DNA of 64,000 bases, from positions 19,716,001-19,780,000 of the forward strand of contig NW_024704749.1 of NCBI RefSeq assembly GCF_018977255.1, given 5' to 3'. This document shows, piece by piece, positions 44,501 to 57,362 of this stretch; position 1 is the first letter of the stretch; each line of letters opens with the position of its first letter. A program made the position numbers and the translations under genes. The stretch comes from Callorhinchus milii (Eukaryota). The notes beneath the pieces are model-generated. The model was given only the letters and a program-made list of their open reading frames with translations, was not told the origin of the DNA and searched no databases.

Positions 44501-47500
44501 CATGGAGGGAAGAAACGCCAGCCAGCTCCATCAACGGTGGACAAAGAAGCTGGATCCAGAACTGACCCACGGTGCCTGGTCACCCTGGGAGGATGACGTA
44601 CGTGGTGGTTTGATATTTTTCAGTCGCCACATGCCGGCCTCCTGGGAGCATGACACCGAGCTCCTCGGCTATCACTCCTTTTGTTTCTCTTCCCTCCCCC
44701 TGATGCTTCGACTGTGCTTATGGTCAATGGTCATCTCCCTCCAGCTCAGGGTCAGGCTCCGCCACTGTTAAGCAATCCAAGTCACTGCCCCGCATGAAGG
44801 GCACTGATTAATTGCAAGTTTTGTTACTTTTTTCCAAGTAGCCATTCTTCACGTGTGTGAGCTCCAGCAGTGAGTATTGGCAGGATACTTGCCCACACCG
44901 GGCGCCTTCATAATCAAGCCTAATCCTGGCCTCGCCTGACATACACTGGTGCACAGAATGTACTGTAAAGTGAATGTTTTATGGGTGAAACGTGGCAACC
45001 AATTGTGCACAGCTGTGTCCCACAAACAGTCAATGGAAATTGATCAGAGGGAAGAGTCGAGCTGCTGGCAGTTATAGTGTCTCCACTGAGACCTCGCTTC
45101 AGCAGAAATGTTTCAGAAGCCTCAAAATATGCAGTTTGTTAATCTACGAATGCCATTTTTCTTTGATCTCCAGCTACTTCTGAAGGCGGTGGAAAAGTAC
45201 GGATGTCAAGATTGGTACAAGATCCGAGATGAGGTTCCAGGCAGGAACGACGTGCAGTGCCGAGACAGGTGTGCTTTACTTGAATGTTGAATGCTCCAGT
45301 CTGCCGCAGGGAGTCGCCCTCAGTTCACACTATTCTGCTGTTCCTTTTAGACGTGTCAACTGCAAGTCTGGCATTTCATACACTGAGCCACATGTACCGT
45401 TTCCTTTCTGAACAGCAGATGGCGTCTCACTCAATCTCATCGGTATTTTGTAGTTATTTTACTTTGTACCAATAGTCACCTTGCTTTCTCCTCTCCTGAA
45501 GATTTACTTTTGCTCAGCCGGGTGTCTGACACATGTGGAAACCCATCGCCATGCTCAAGAATGTCCAAACCAAGCTGAGCGTTCTATGCATCCCACCTAC
45601 ACGTGGAAATCTCCCTGGAGTGACATATCCAGCTTACCTAACCAGAAAATATTGGCGCAGGTTGGCAAGAGACAAGTTTTAAGGACCCCAGAGTGTGCTT
45701 TGTTTATCTAACCAGCTTAACCCACAAAGCTTGCCATTGATATTGCTGTGCAGCAAGCTTTCCTGCTGTTTGTCCGGCTAGGACCACCCTACCTGGGGGG
45801 TTAGTCAGTAGGCACCCTTTGGTGCCTAAATGACTGTTCTTCATCTGTGAGCCTAATTAGTGAGTGTTTCCCGATTACGCTGTCAGTACAGGGTTGTGGA
45901 GGATAGGGACAGGAAGGGAAGTGATCTGAGTCGCGTTGTCAAGAGGTATAAATGGAGCATTCTATTGATTATTGGAAAAGGAGTGGGTAGTGGGAGATGA
46001 ATGTGATGGGACTGAAGCAGTACAGAATCACAAACTGTAACAAACCTCTTGCAGGTATATCCATGGTTTAAACGACAAAATGAAGAAAGGAAAATGGGAT
46101 GCTGAGGAGGTACAGAAGCTTGGACAACTCCTAGAGAAACACGGAGTGGGTAAGGGAAGGGAGACCTCAAGCTGCTTTGAAACCTCTTCAAAGCATTGAC
46201 TTTACGTGGAAGCTTTTCTTTCTCTTCTGATTTACTCTTCTACTCGCGGAACCACCATCCCCTTCCCCATCAAAACTGCTGTCATTATCCCCCCCCCCAA
46301 CCCTCACCCGCCACCTCAGGAAACCTACAACTAGACCTTTGATTCTGTAAGACCTTTGATTCTCTTTGAAGACAATCTTTGATTGTGCTTTTGGCCACCT
46401 TTACAAGGGACTGCTGCTCTGTGTACAATACAGCACCAGGTTAGGTATTCTTGGGGTTGTGTTTAATGCCAGGTGATGGATTTATTTATCTACCTTGTTT
46501 TTGTGATCCCTAAAATCCTGTGTTCAATTTCTCTTGCAGGGCAATGGTCCAAAATAGCAGCCGATTTGTCCCTCAGGAGCGCATCCCAGTGTAATAACAA
46601 ATGGAGATGGTTAGTGGGTATTAAGGTAAAGTGAACATTTTTGATATTTGCAGTATTGCGTCAAAGGGAATTTCTACTGAGCAGAGTGACTTTGTGTGTG
46701 TGTAGGCAGGCGGCAGCCATTTTGTCACAGCAAGGTCCTACAAACAGCCATGAGATGTACGAACAATTTATCTAGATAATAAATAAACCTGGAGGCCAGG
46801 ACACAGTGGAAGCTTTCTTCTTTCTTCCAATTGTGTGAGAGAATATTTAATGTCCAGGCAGATCGGCCTTGATTAAAACTCTCGTTCAAAGTACCTCTGA
46901 CAGCGCAATGCATGACAAAAGCCTCGCTTGACAGCTAAACGTTGGAATTGAGTCCACTCTCTGTGGTGGTTTCAGTGGTCCAGGTCCTGAGACAGGCAGG
47001 TTCATAGTACTCCAAAGCACTGATGATAAGAGACCAGCCAGCCTAGCTTGTTGGCAGGACTTAGGGCAGACCAGTTACTGGGGGCAGGGATTCTTCCCAC
47101 TTGGATTCTTTAACCTTGCAAGCCAGAGCCTTACTGGGTAGGCAGCGGGAAGCTTGTCAGGTGGTATTTTCATTGAAAAGATAAGCAGTTTTAGCTGGTT
47201 GGCCTCCAGGAGTCCACAACCCTCGACTCTAGCGAACCTGCCCCTTATAGACTCTGAACTTAAGAAGTGCGTGACCCTCCAGGGAAGGTGACATACAAGG
47301 AGCTCTGTCTGGTTTGGATACTCTGAAGCACGGCGTTGGGTTTCCTTGTGTCTCACACATGCAACGGACCAAAAAACGCACAGCCTTCTGACTCGGTGAC
47401 GAGTGCTATGAACTGAGCCAGGTTGAGACCAAAATAAAAACCTTTCTACTGATTATCACAACCTGAGTTACTGATCTCAGCCCAGGAGAGCGTTGGGGTG

Positions 47501-50500
47501 GGGGGGGCACAATTAGTCACAGCCCTAGTGGTTGGGAGTGGGGGGGCGCGGAAACCAAGCCAGGGCTCACGATAGAGTGCCCCCTCGTGCTGCTTCACTC
47601 TGAAATGACTAAAACTCTCCGAAATTTCATTTAGACAAACCGCTTTCCGCGAAAACCGAAAAAGAAAAAGACTTCAGCGACAAGACCGAGGCCCGCGAAG
47701 GTCCGGGCTATGGAGAGCAGCTCTGAGTCCGAGGTCTCATCCGGTAACATTTCGTTGCACGACAGCGAGGAGGAGAATGTCAAGCCAAAGGCACAGAAAA
47801 GACGAGATACAAGCGAGAAGAACAAGAGGCCAAAGGGACAGAATAAAGGAGTTGTAAGTGAGGAGGAGGAGGATGAGGATGTGAGGCTGCAGGAACTAAA
47901 CAAAGGGATGAAGGAGGAAAATGTCCAACCCCACGGACAGAAAAGGAGTGGGAGCGGCAGCGAGTTCAAAGTACTGGACATTGACTTGTGGATGCCCATT
48001 ACTGAGGATGAGGGGGCGGACAATCGAGCCAAATCTGGAGTGAAAAAGCAAATGGCAAAAGAGTTTGGAAGATCGAATCCCAGTCCAACGGGGAGAGCAA
48101 CGCCTCCAGTCAGCACTGACCCTGGTGCCAACGTGCCTCCCGAAGAGCTTCACCAGGTAAGAGATGTGAATACTGTCCGCTCCTGCCTAGTTATTCACGC
48201 CGTTTTAGTTGTATATGTCCAGTAACCGAGTAGTCAACTTACGGAACAGGCTCCCCTAGGGAGGGAGACGGTGGAAGCAGAAAATGTTGTTTGCTTCAAG
48301 AACAAATAAGATAGATTTCTGCTACAAAATAATATTTGGGGATACAGTATATAGTTTGGGGCACGACGTGTCAAGCGATTGCCAGGATAGTGGAAGATAA
48401 ACTAGATCGACCTTGGTCTTCTAAGTAGTCAGCAGGATCGCTCATGAGTCCAGCGAGTACCTTCATTGACGGCCCCGATTGATAGACTGTCCTCACCGGG
48501 CATGTGCCAGTGCTATTTTTTCACAGCACAGAAGGAGGCCATTCGGTCCATCGTGTCTGTGCCAGCTCTTTGGAAGAGCTGCCAACTAGTCCCACTCCCC
48601 GGCTCTTACCCCATATCCTTGCAAAGTTTTCCTTTGCAAGTACCTATCCAATTCCCTTTTGAAAGCTATTATCAAATCTGTTTCCACCCTTTCAGGCAGT
48701 GCATTCCAGATCATAGCAACTCTCTGGATAACAAAAAATTCTTATTTCCCCTCTGGTTCCTTTGCCAATTATCTTAAATCTAATGTGCCCTGGTTACTGA
48801 CCCAGCTGCTAGTGGAAACAGTTTCTCCCTACCTACTCTATCAAAACCCCTCAGAATTTTGAACACCTCTATTAAATCTCCGCTCAATCTTCTCTGCTGG
48901 TTCCTGTTCTTTCCCAGTGATACCCAATAGTTTAAGGTAGAGCATGACGGTTGGTAGCCCCACAGCCTGAATGAGGGGTTTTCGCCGGGGCTGGGGGGGT
49001 GGAGAAAGCGCTTTCACGTGATTGGAAACCTGCTGAGAATTGCCCTTTTGCCTTTATTGTGTAGAAGCAGACTGGGACAGGAGGACAGGATCCGGCTGGG
49101 TCCTCAACAGCAGAGCCGGCTGTGACAGAGGGCTGTCCAGCACAGGCAGACGAGTGTCCCGCAGAGAGAGCCAGAAAGAAGCCGGGGCGAGGCACTCTCC
49201 GGGCCATAGAGTTGGAGAGAAACTTGAACCAAAACCTTGTAAAGGCTGTTGTCCCCTGGCTGGGAAGGAGCCAGCTGCTCTGTGGCAATCAATCAAAAGG
49301 TGGGGTACAAACCTGAGAACAACTGGGGTGTCATGGCGGTGAGTCACAGACTGAGGTGGGTGGAGGGCAGGTTGCGGCTATGAGGTATGAGGATGGCAGA
49401 GTGCTCCTGTGGTCTCCAGTGCTTTACCCCCCAGTAGGCATTCGTCACGAATGAGCAAGGTCCCTTCCCCCTGATCCCCACCCACATGACTATTTGCTGG
49501 GAATTTAACCGTGAACGCTCACCCGATGTCATATGCACCTTACACTGGGGATTTCTTGATGGCGATCAGGGGCAGGAACCCTGCTTTGTTATTTTAACCC
49601 CTACGTTACACAGTCTCTGGGCCAATCGTTGACCATACAATAATGATTCATCTGTAATCAGCTGCTCTGTAGTAATAATAATAATAATAATAATCCTTGA
49701 AGTTGATATAGCGCCTTATCAAGGAGGCAGTTAAACAGTGTTTCAATCTCCGTATTTGCTAATTGTTTTATTTCTCTCCTGTCTAGCTCAACTTCTGCGG
49801 CAAAGGCTGGAGGCGGGTGGGATAAAGACCACCCCTGTGTTTGCACTATTGCTGTTGGTAGGTTTGTGAACAAAAAAATCCTCTTAGTATTATTGCAATC
49901 TTACTTTCCTCCTACTGAATGCCATCTGCATGTGCTTGACAGATAGTGTAGCTTTACTCTGTCTCTAAACTGTGCTGACACTGACCTTAGAGCATGGACG
50001 GACAGTGTGGAGGGAGCTTTACGCTGTAAAGCCATACCTCTGCGTGATTTGTACCTTAAGAAGAGGCAAAGGGACTGAAATGTTCTTCTGTCTTGTTCAG
50101 GTATTTCGTATTGACCAAGTGGGCTGCAAGAAGATGATCGAAGAGAGGTCAGCGAGACTGCACGAAGCAGAGAAGGAGAGAGCCACGGAGAAGAGGAAAT
50201 TCTTGGAGAACGCACAAGCCGAGGAGAAAGGGAAGGAGAAAGCCAAGGAAAGCAGGGCTCAGCTCTCCTCGCCCATCACTAAGAAAAACATTAACCTTGG
50301 AAACGGTAAACACATGGAAATCAACAAGTTTCCCGTCAATCCGACTGTGCCAAAAGAGAGACTGAAGACGGTCATGGAGTTGCTGTACGAAAAGCGGAAG
50401 GAATCTAGAGCTAAGGCCAGAGCTCGGGAGAGAGAGATTGCCAACCTCCAGTGCCCACTGGTGATCATGCCCCAGCAGCCTCCCCTCGTGCAAACGGTGG

Positions 50501-53500
50501 TGTTGCCCCAGCAAGGGGTGCTGGGGGCCAGTGTACCCTCCGCACACTCACAGCCCCTCTTGAATTTGTTGATTGAAAACAGGGACTCACAACGAGTCAC
50601 CTCCGCACGTCAAACCGAGGGCCAGCAGCTGGCGCAGGGAGCCATGTCCGCCCCAACAGTGCAGGGCACCAGCCAACTCCCAGCACCACCGACCCAGCTG
50701 GTGAATCCTGAGCCTCAAATCATACGTCACGGTGCCACCCCAGGGCAGCCTTGGCACCTCAACCCCTGCCCAACTGAAAACAGCCCGACCGTGTACTCGA
50801 AGCTCCAGGTCCCAGCTCCGAACGTGCAGCAGCCACAGCCCCAGGCGAGTAGGCCGCCCGCTCCACTTCCACCCCAAACCCAAATGAACCAGTTCTCCCT
50901 GGTGCTCACTCCCCAGGGGCTGGTCCTCATACCCGTCAAGCCAGTGACGCGGGTCACCACAGATGGTATCTCCACACCAGCCGGCCCGGGGCCTCCCCTC
51001 TCTCATCTGGGAGGAGCTGCAATGCTTCATTCCGTGACTCCTTCACTCACAGCGGCGCCGTTGCCCCCCACGAATGTATTAGACAACAGCGCAGGCACAG
51101 CTGCCAGCAACAAGGCTGACCAGAGGCTTCGGGCAGGAGTCCGAGGTGCACAGGAGGACACAGAGCCTGGGACAGTGCCCTCCACCAGCAGACAAGCCCA
51201 GCCCGTAAACACTAGCGTGTCAGCAGTCAGTACTTGTGCCCCAGCGGGTAATGCCATGCAGTTGGCCACGGGTAACATAATGGTGGCGGGGCCAGACGTC
51301 AGCCCCACAAACCCTTCGCTCTCACAACCCTCCTCCACTCAGCATCCTCCTGCTGCTCAGCCCGCAGTGCCACCGAGCCTGGACTCCGATGGCGGGGCCA
51401 GGCAGCCGGAGCAACGTCCACACGGGCAGGAAGTGTGCAAGACAGTGGGGGGTCTGATCACCTGCCCTGATCAGCCAGAGGGAAGCAGCAGCCGGCCGGC
51501 AGGCAAACAGCCACCCGCGGGAGAAGCCCCTGTCCAGTTCAGCCTCTTGTTCCACAACGAGACAGAAGCTCGATGTCGAAACTGGCTCCGAGGACGGAGC
51601 GGTGTTCCTTTAGCCGGAGTGTCCATCAAGCTGCCTTATCTCCCGCCATTTGTCGGCAACATGAAGGCTCTGGCCAACCTCCTGTTGCAGAAGAAGAACT
51701 TGGAGCAAAACGTCTCAGGCTTTTGGCCTTCGGAGCAGACTGAGGTGACGGGCTCTCAAGGGAGGGTGGAGATGATGAGGGGACTCGTGCAGGAAACACT
51801 TCGAAGCAACCCAGGGTACCACCTTCTGAAAGCCAGGTTCCTCTCTGCTTTTACATTCCCTGCCTTCCTGGCTTCTCTGCCTGCCTACCAAGGCCCCAGC
51901 TCTAAGAGCCGCTTATTGGAAACAAAGACCACGGATGAGAGAGGAGAGGGCAAGGACGAGAATTTTATGGACTCGGCTGTAGAGCAAGATACAGAGGAGA
52001 CCAGGAGCATAGCACCCGCACCCTCACTTTCAACCACAGAGCAACCTCAGGTAATGCTCAGAACCTCAGGCGGTCTGGCTTTTTGATCATTAGTGAGAGC
52101 GCCGCCTCGTGGCAATTGACCGGTTGGGGACCCCTGACTGAGCTGAAGACTGAGTCAGGGATTTTGGGAAAGATGCCACAGAGTAGGAGCGTGTGTAGAC
52201 ATCTGAGAAGCATCAGTCTCTATCGAACTGATCTGTCACCAATATGTTCACCGACAAGTACACAGTCACTCCACTTTGCAGTCTTATCTTGTGAAACGAT
52301 TTGAGGCATTCTCCCAAAGTGAGAGTTGCTGTATCAAGTGTAAAGGATATGATAGTCAATTATTACTTATATAGCTCAATACATTGACATCGGAGACATT
52401 GGAAATGATACAATGAAGGTACACACCGATGCCATGATGTGGAGTTCTAGCTGTGAGCATAGGTTTGAAAATTGGTCCGTTTTCATCGAGATAGAGAAGG
52501 TTAAGAGGGAATCTAACAGAGGTCTTCAAAAGATGTGAGAGGATATTAATAATAATCCTTGCATTTGATATAGCGCCTCATCAGAATATTCTGTAAAGTG
52601 AATTGACTGTATATTTGTGGGCGAAACGCAACAGCCAATTGAGCACAGCAGTGTCCCACAAACAGTTGTGGATTGAATGACCAAATTATTATATTTATTT
52701 GAAGAGATTATTAAAAATTTTGTATGGAGCATTTAAATGTGTTACAATCAACTTTTTTTTACACAAAGTCCAAATTTAGTACGAAAATGTTTGATTTTTG
52801 TTAAATGGACGAGACTGCAGAATAAGGAATTAAATCCTTTAAATTTATATTGCACTATGTGTAATCCACCTTTAAGGCTTTAATCCACGTGTAGGGGGAA
52901 GAGAGGAAATTACAGGTGCCCTTAATTATGTAATTAAACCCATTGAAGAATTTATTATCTAACCCTCTTAATAGCTTTGAATTACATAATTGTAATGTGC
53001 ACATGTTTACACATCACATGTGGTAAAGGTGTTTAAACCTTGTGCAGAACAATGCACTTTTCCAATCTGATTGTTTTTTAAAAATAAATGTTTGAGAACC
53101 CGTCAAATCAAAACACCACATATTAAAGTGCAGATTAAATATTAGAAGTGAGGAATAAAATATTAATTGGAGCATAAACTCTTTCCCCCCCACCCCACCC
53201 CAGCCAGGAATTTTGCATAATTTTGTTTATCGACAGATTAAATTAAAATCTCCTGGATAAATAGTGAAAGATCATTATAATAATAATAATAATCCTTGCA
53301 TTTGATATAACACCTCATCACATCTTTGAGAGGTCTCAAAGCCCTTCTCAGAATATACTGTAAAGTGAATTGACTGTGTTTTGTGGGAAAAACGTGGCAG
53401 CCAATTGCACACAGCAGTGTCCCACAAACAGTCACAGATTGGGGTAACCCAATTTTTTTTTAAAGGATTATTACCCATGGAAATCGACTAACAACTGGTT

Positions 53501-54583
53501 ATTTCTGCTGGTCGGGAAATTGTTAACAAGGGCTACAGCTCAGATTGTCACAAAGACTTAATGGAAGAACAATTTTTTCACATAGATTGGAGGTTAAATG
53601 CTTTGCCACAGGTGGTTGTGGAGCCCGAGACTGTAACCACATTTTAAGGAACAGCGGCAGATTTATTTGTTTCACGTAAAAACGAGCATCTCAGAACGTT
53701 TTACAAACTGGGGCTTTAGAAATGAACGGCATTGTTCTGGAGACGGAAGTGGCCGCTAATTCTCAGCATCAACGTTCCACAAATATTAAGATGCGGGCTT
53801 ACATTGTTGGGGTGAATGTTTGACGAGACATATATAATAATAATAATAATCCTTGCATTTGATATAGCACCTTATCGCGTCTTCGAGACGTCTCAAAGTG
53901 CTTCACAAAATATACTGTAGAGTGAATTGACTGTATATTTTGTGGACGAAAATATAAATTGGGAGTAAATCTCACCCCACCGCCCCTACGTGATACTGTA
54001 ATTAAACTGTTACCTCAGCTCGAAAGCAACAGGAGACAGATGATCGACTGAGTTTCCTCATTTCTGGAGTTCTCAAGCCTGCCTGATGGCTGTCTGGTTC
54101 GGTCACTCGGCGCAGACCAGGGGTTGGAGCCTGTAGCATTAACCTGGTTTCTGATTTCCTCACAGGAAGCTGCTATTGAAAGCCGAGACCCAGAGATTTG
54201 CCAGGATTCCGAGAACGACCAAGATACTGAACTGACCCAAGGTATTGGGCACCGCCTGCGCCTGCGGAGACGCAACAGGAAACAAACAGGTAGTTTTTTT
54301 TTATGATTTCTGTTCGTTTGTGAGTGAGTGTATTACAAATGTGCTTACAGTCACCTCCCCACGCCCTCTCCCCCTGGCTTGTGGTCAGACTCTGCCGCTG
54401 TGAAGCGCTCCAGGAAACTACCCCACGTGACGAGTGCTATATAAATGCAAGTTGTTGTGTGAGCACAAGCCTATGTGAGCATGCGCACTGTTTGTGAATG
54501 TACACAGGGGTTGGTCTCTGGTGAAATGGTTGAGAAAAGAATTTGTTTTTGTTGTCGCAGGACGCAGTGTGACCCAGTGCTGA
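32531..54583 (+). CDS. SNAPC4: snRNA-activating protein complex subunit 4 (SNAP190, Myb repeats), about 20 coding exons, ~1490 aa
   Basis: Exons 32531-32696, 34280-34332, 35032-35208, 38732-38848, 39085-39163, 40379-40460, 40900-41004, 43004-43076, 43674-43838, 44003-44150, 44491-44597, 45174-45268, 46055-46149, 46540-46625, 47635-48156, 49065-49299, 49787-49857, 50101-52050, 54166-54289, 54561-54583 (4473 nt, in frame). Motifs: [27 protein letters not shown], Myb repeats ([23 protein letters not shown]), [30 protein letters not shown]. The last exon and exons 15-17 are less certain. Confidence 0.93.
36215..38000 (-). mobile_element. Degraded L2-clade LINE (ORF2 reverse transcriptase remnant) with two tandem 3' tails
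   Basis: Minus strand encodes [21 protein letters not shown]...FHM*ADDTQLY (the YADD tyrosine is a TAA at 37458-37460) and [14 protein letters not shown]...[11 protein letters not shown]. (GTT)n tails lie at ~36215 and ~36475. Confidence 0.9.
41160..41490 (-). repeat. Partial copy of the unclassified repeat in the opposite orientation
   Basis: TTTTTTGGTCAGCTGGATGTCTGA...CATCCCACCTACACATGGAAAT...TTGTTGGAATGGAAT is the reverse complement of 6850-7185. Confidence 0.8.
42541..42853 (+). mobile_element. Full-length tRNA-derived Deu-type SINE, adjoining a CR1 remnant
   Basis: Head GTCCTGTAGCTCAGTG...CTTGCAA...GGTTCAATTCC, core GTGCGCAATTAGCTGCCGCGTTT and a (TTA)n tail. Confidence 0.85.
48520..48900 (-). 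mobile_element. CR1-like LINE 3' fragment
   Basis: CACAGCACAGAAGGAGGCCATTCGGTCCATCGTGTCTGTGCC...TTTGAACACCTCTATTAAATCTCC resembles an inverted CR1 3' end. Weaker fragments at ~10250-10550, 11760-11980, 42180-42520 and 58010-58500. Confidence 0.6.
52545..53950 (-). mobile_element. Cluster of three truncated Deu-SINE tails (52545-52715, 53275-53460, 53835-53950) interleaved with a split CR1 remnant
   Basis: Each begins (AAT)nCCTTGCATTTGATATA and continues into the TGTAAAGTGAATTGACTG body. Confidence 0.75.
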
Positions 54584-54901
54584 GCTCCCAAGTCCTTTCT
54601 CCCTGCTTTCAGTGGGAACGTCTGAAGACCCTTCATCCTGCTCAATCCAGCAGTCTGGGCTCAGTGATTTGCAGTCAGGATTCGCGGGAGAGAAGAATGA
54701 AGACTTCTTCCAACTTTTATGTTTTAACATTTGAACGGAACCCATCGAACTGCCCAGTATCCCTGCGTCTCATACCCTGCTGTCTTCTGCCCTTATTTTC
54801 AGGGCTTTTGCGAAGCTGAAAGTGAGGGGATCATGTTGAAATGTTCTTCGCCTGGTTTATCGTTAGCACCGGTTACATTAAGATATAACGTATTTTTTTT
54901 A

Positions 54902-54907
54902 AATAAA
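54902..54907 (+). terminator. Candidate SNAPC4 polyadenylation signal (AATAAA)
   Basis: AATAAA about 320 nt after the predicted stop, followed by T-rich sequence. Confidence 0.55.
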
Positions 54908-55404
54908 ACATTTTTGGCGGTATCTGTAGCTTCACTTAGATTCTTTCTTTCTGAATTTTGGGGGTGTCAGGCTTTAAATAATCCACGGCAAACCCATCTG
55001 GTTGTGATGGATAGCTTGACAGGCAGGCAGGCTCAGAGGGCTGGGACACATTCCAAGGTGCAGCTTGGATTTGGAGAGTTGGTAGAGTTGGCGTAAGGTA
55101 ACTTAAGTTACTGGCACAGTAACTTTGCTCTGCAGGAGTGTAATACAAACGCACCATCTCTCTTGCTTTTCCTCTCCCAAAGAATTGTTCAACTTGGGCT
55201 GTTCATCCACAATCTCATCCCCTCATTCTTCCCATCTGAGCTGGAGAGAAACGCAGCAGGCTTTTGAGCCAAGGATCCAGTGTGTCTTTGCTCCCTCCCG
55301 AGCCTCTTGTTCTTGGAGCTGAACTCAGCTACGGTGAGTGAAGCCCAAACAGTGTGTTGACTGGTTCTTCCTCACAATAGAATAGATTCATTCTTGGGGA
55401 GTGT

Positions 55405-55525
55405 GGACGGACAGTGCAGAGGGAAATTCACTCTGTCTCTAACTCGAGCTGTCGCTGATCTAGGATGGTGGACGGACAGTGTAGAGGGAGCTTTACGCTG
55501 TATCTGGTGCTGTCACTGACCTGGG
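55405..55525 (+). repeat. Short dispersed repeat GGACAGTGTAGAGGGAGCTTTACTCTGT (tandem pair)
   Basis: Two adjacent copies here; related copies at ~34035-34100, 49944-50030, 61415-61470 and 62950-63000. Confidence 0.65.
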
Positions 55526-56639
55526 TGTTTTTGATGTTGACACTGGATTCGAAAAGTGCAAATTGGTCCATTTCCCACGTGAAAAAAAGGCTGAAACCCA
55601 AAGGGCTGATTGCTGTGAATGGTGGGGCGGGGGGGGGGGAGGGGGAAGTGGCTTGTTCCTGGTTGTCCATTACTGGATAAGATGAGGTTATGGAACTGAA
55701 CAATGATCTGCAAGTTCTTCATTTCTGCTCTGATCTCTTATCAAGTGATCTGCACAATTACCTGTTTCACTTTAACCTTTTGATGACTCGATCATTTTTT
55801 TGCCCTCATCTCCCGACAACCTCACTCGGTGTGGTACATAGCACCAGGAGGGAGCTTCCCTCCTGCTCCATTATTAATTCTCCCACAACTTTCACCCCCG
55901 GCCTTTTCTCCTTATTCCTAAATATCCCAAGTCTCTGTCTCTCTCTTGGATGCCTCAATGGACTATCTGTGGCGGTCATTAGAAATTAACAGCACAGAAG
56001 AAGGCCATTCGTATCATCGTGTCTGCAGTGCGTTTGTGTAAAGGATTTTTCCTTCCCTCCCCTCTGATTGTCTTGGTTCTCATTTTATAACCTTTGCGTC
56101 CTGGACTCGAGTGAGGTCACATAGGAAACAGGAACTTTCAGCACAGGTAGCCCCCATTGCTCTTGGTTTCCAAGTTGCATAGAATCCCACTTTCCAGCTC
56201 TTTCCCCTCTGACTCTTCACTACAGAGCTTTTCAGCAGCCCCCCGACTGGAGAAATTGCTTCTTTCCTAACCTCTTCTCTAATTCATCACTAACAAGTCG
56301 TGAGACTGCATTCCTTGTCGACCAGGTAGATTTCAAGGTAAGATTTAAAGTCGGATAGAGAGGAGGGGGTGAGGCGGAGGTACGGTGGCAGGGAATTGCA
56401 ATGTTGAGGAGCATTAGTGCTGAAGGCTTGGGGAGTGGAGAGTGGGGGGGGTGGGGGGACGTGCAGCAAGCGACAACGTAAATGATATTTTTATGGTGAC
56501 TTTCACACCGGTGTGAGCGAGGCAGAGCTGCAGGTGTGGGTCAGGAACACTCAGGAGTGGGCGAGGGGAAGGATCGGGGGTTTGAATCAATGCAGCTGCA
56601 GACTGCCCGTCCCCTGTAAAGTCCAGGACATTTGAATAA

Positions 56640-56780
56640 TTCACAATGGAAGGTGTGCAAGCAGGAAGTGCAATATTGTTGTTAAAGGTAAGCAGAAGAG
56701 AACCGCTTCCTCTTTCCACAGAGAGCTGCAGGACCGCTCCAGCTTCCCGCACATCCCGGGCTCCGCCACACCGTAAGTGC
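56640..56780 (+). promoter_or_regulatory. Putative CARD9 promoter / non-coding exon 1 with ETS (PU.1-like) sites
   Basis: GCAGGAAGTG (56661-56670) and CTTCCTCTTT (~56706-56715; AAAGAGGAAG on the minus strand). Donors AAG|GTAAGC (56687) and ACC|GTAAGT (56772), with an acceptor at 57349/57350 just before the ATG. Inference only. Confidence 0.5.
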
Positions 56781-56840
56781 CTTTCGTTGCTTTCCGCCGT
56801 CGTGTGACTTTACCCGTGTATGTGGACCCCCAAGCAAAAA

Positions 56841-57212
56841 GTCCCACAGCTCAGTGGTTAGAGCACTCGTCTTGCAAGCGAGAGACCTGGGTTCGATTCC
56901 CGGCCGGGGCGAGAACGTAGGCAAGTTTCTATACTCCACACGCCTCGATTTACCCAGCATTAAGTAGGGACCCGGTCGCTAGTCGATTGGCGGATCGCTT
57001 TTCCAGGGGGTAATAATCCCTCCAAAAAAAGAGAGAAAAAAAATGTCACTCAATCCACGACTGTTTGTGTGGACGCTGCTGTGCGCAATTGGCTGCCGCG
57101 TTTCTCCCACAAAATACACCGTCGATCCATTTTAGGCTATATCCTGTGAAGCGCTTTGAGACGTCTCAACGGCGTGATAAGGCGTGATATCAAATGCAAG
57201 GATTATTATTAT
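56841..57212 (+). mobile_element. tRNA-derived Deu-type SINE, long variant with an extra internal segment
   Basis: Same head and tail plus an internal ...TAGTCGATTGGCGGATCGCTTT... segment shared with the copy at 59572. Confidence 0.85.
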
Positions 57213-57362
57213 TGGTGAGAGACTAGTAGTGGTCGGTGCGAGACAGTATTTTAATGTGCGGTGTTTCTGATCAATGTAATGACACCCCCTGCTCCGCTTG
57301 CCGCCCCGTGTTAAGCTGTAACGAGAGCCGCTCGGGAATCTCTCCGTAGAGACGCTGGTGAG

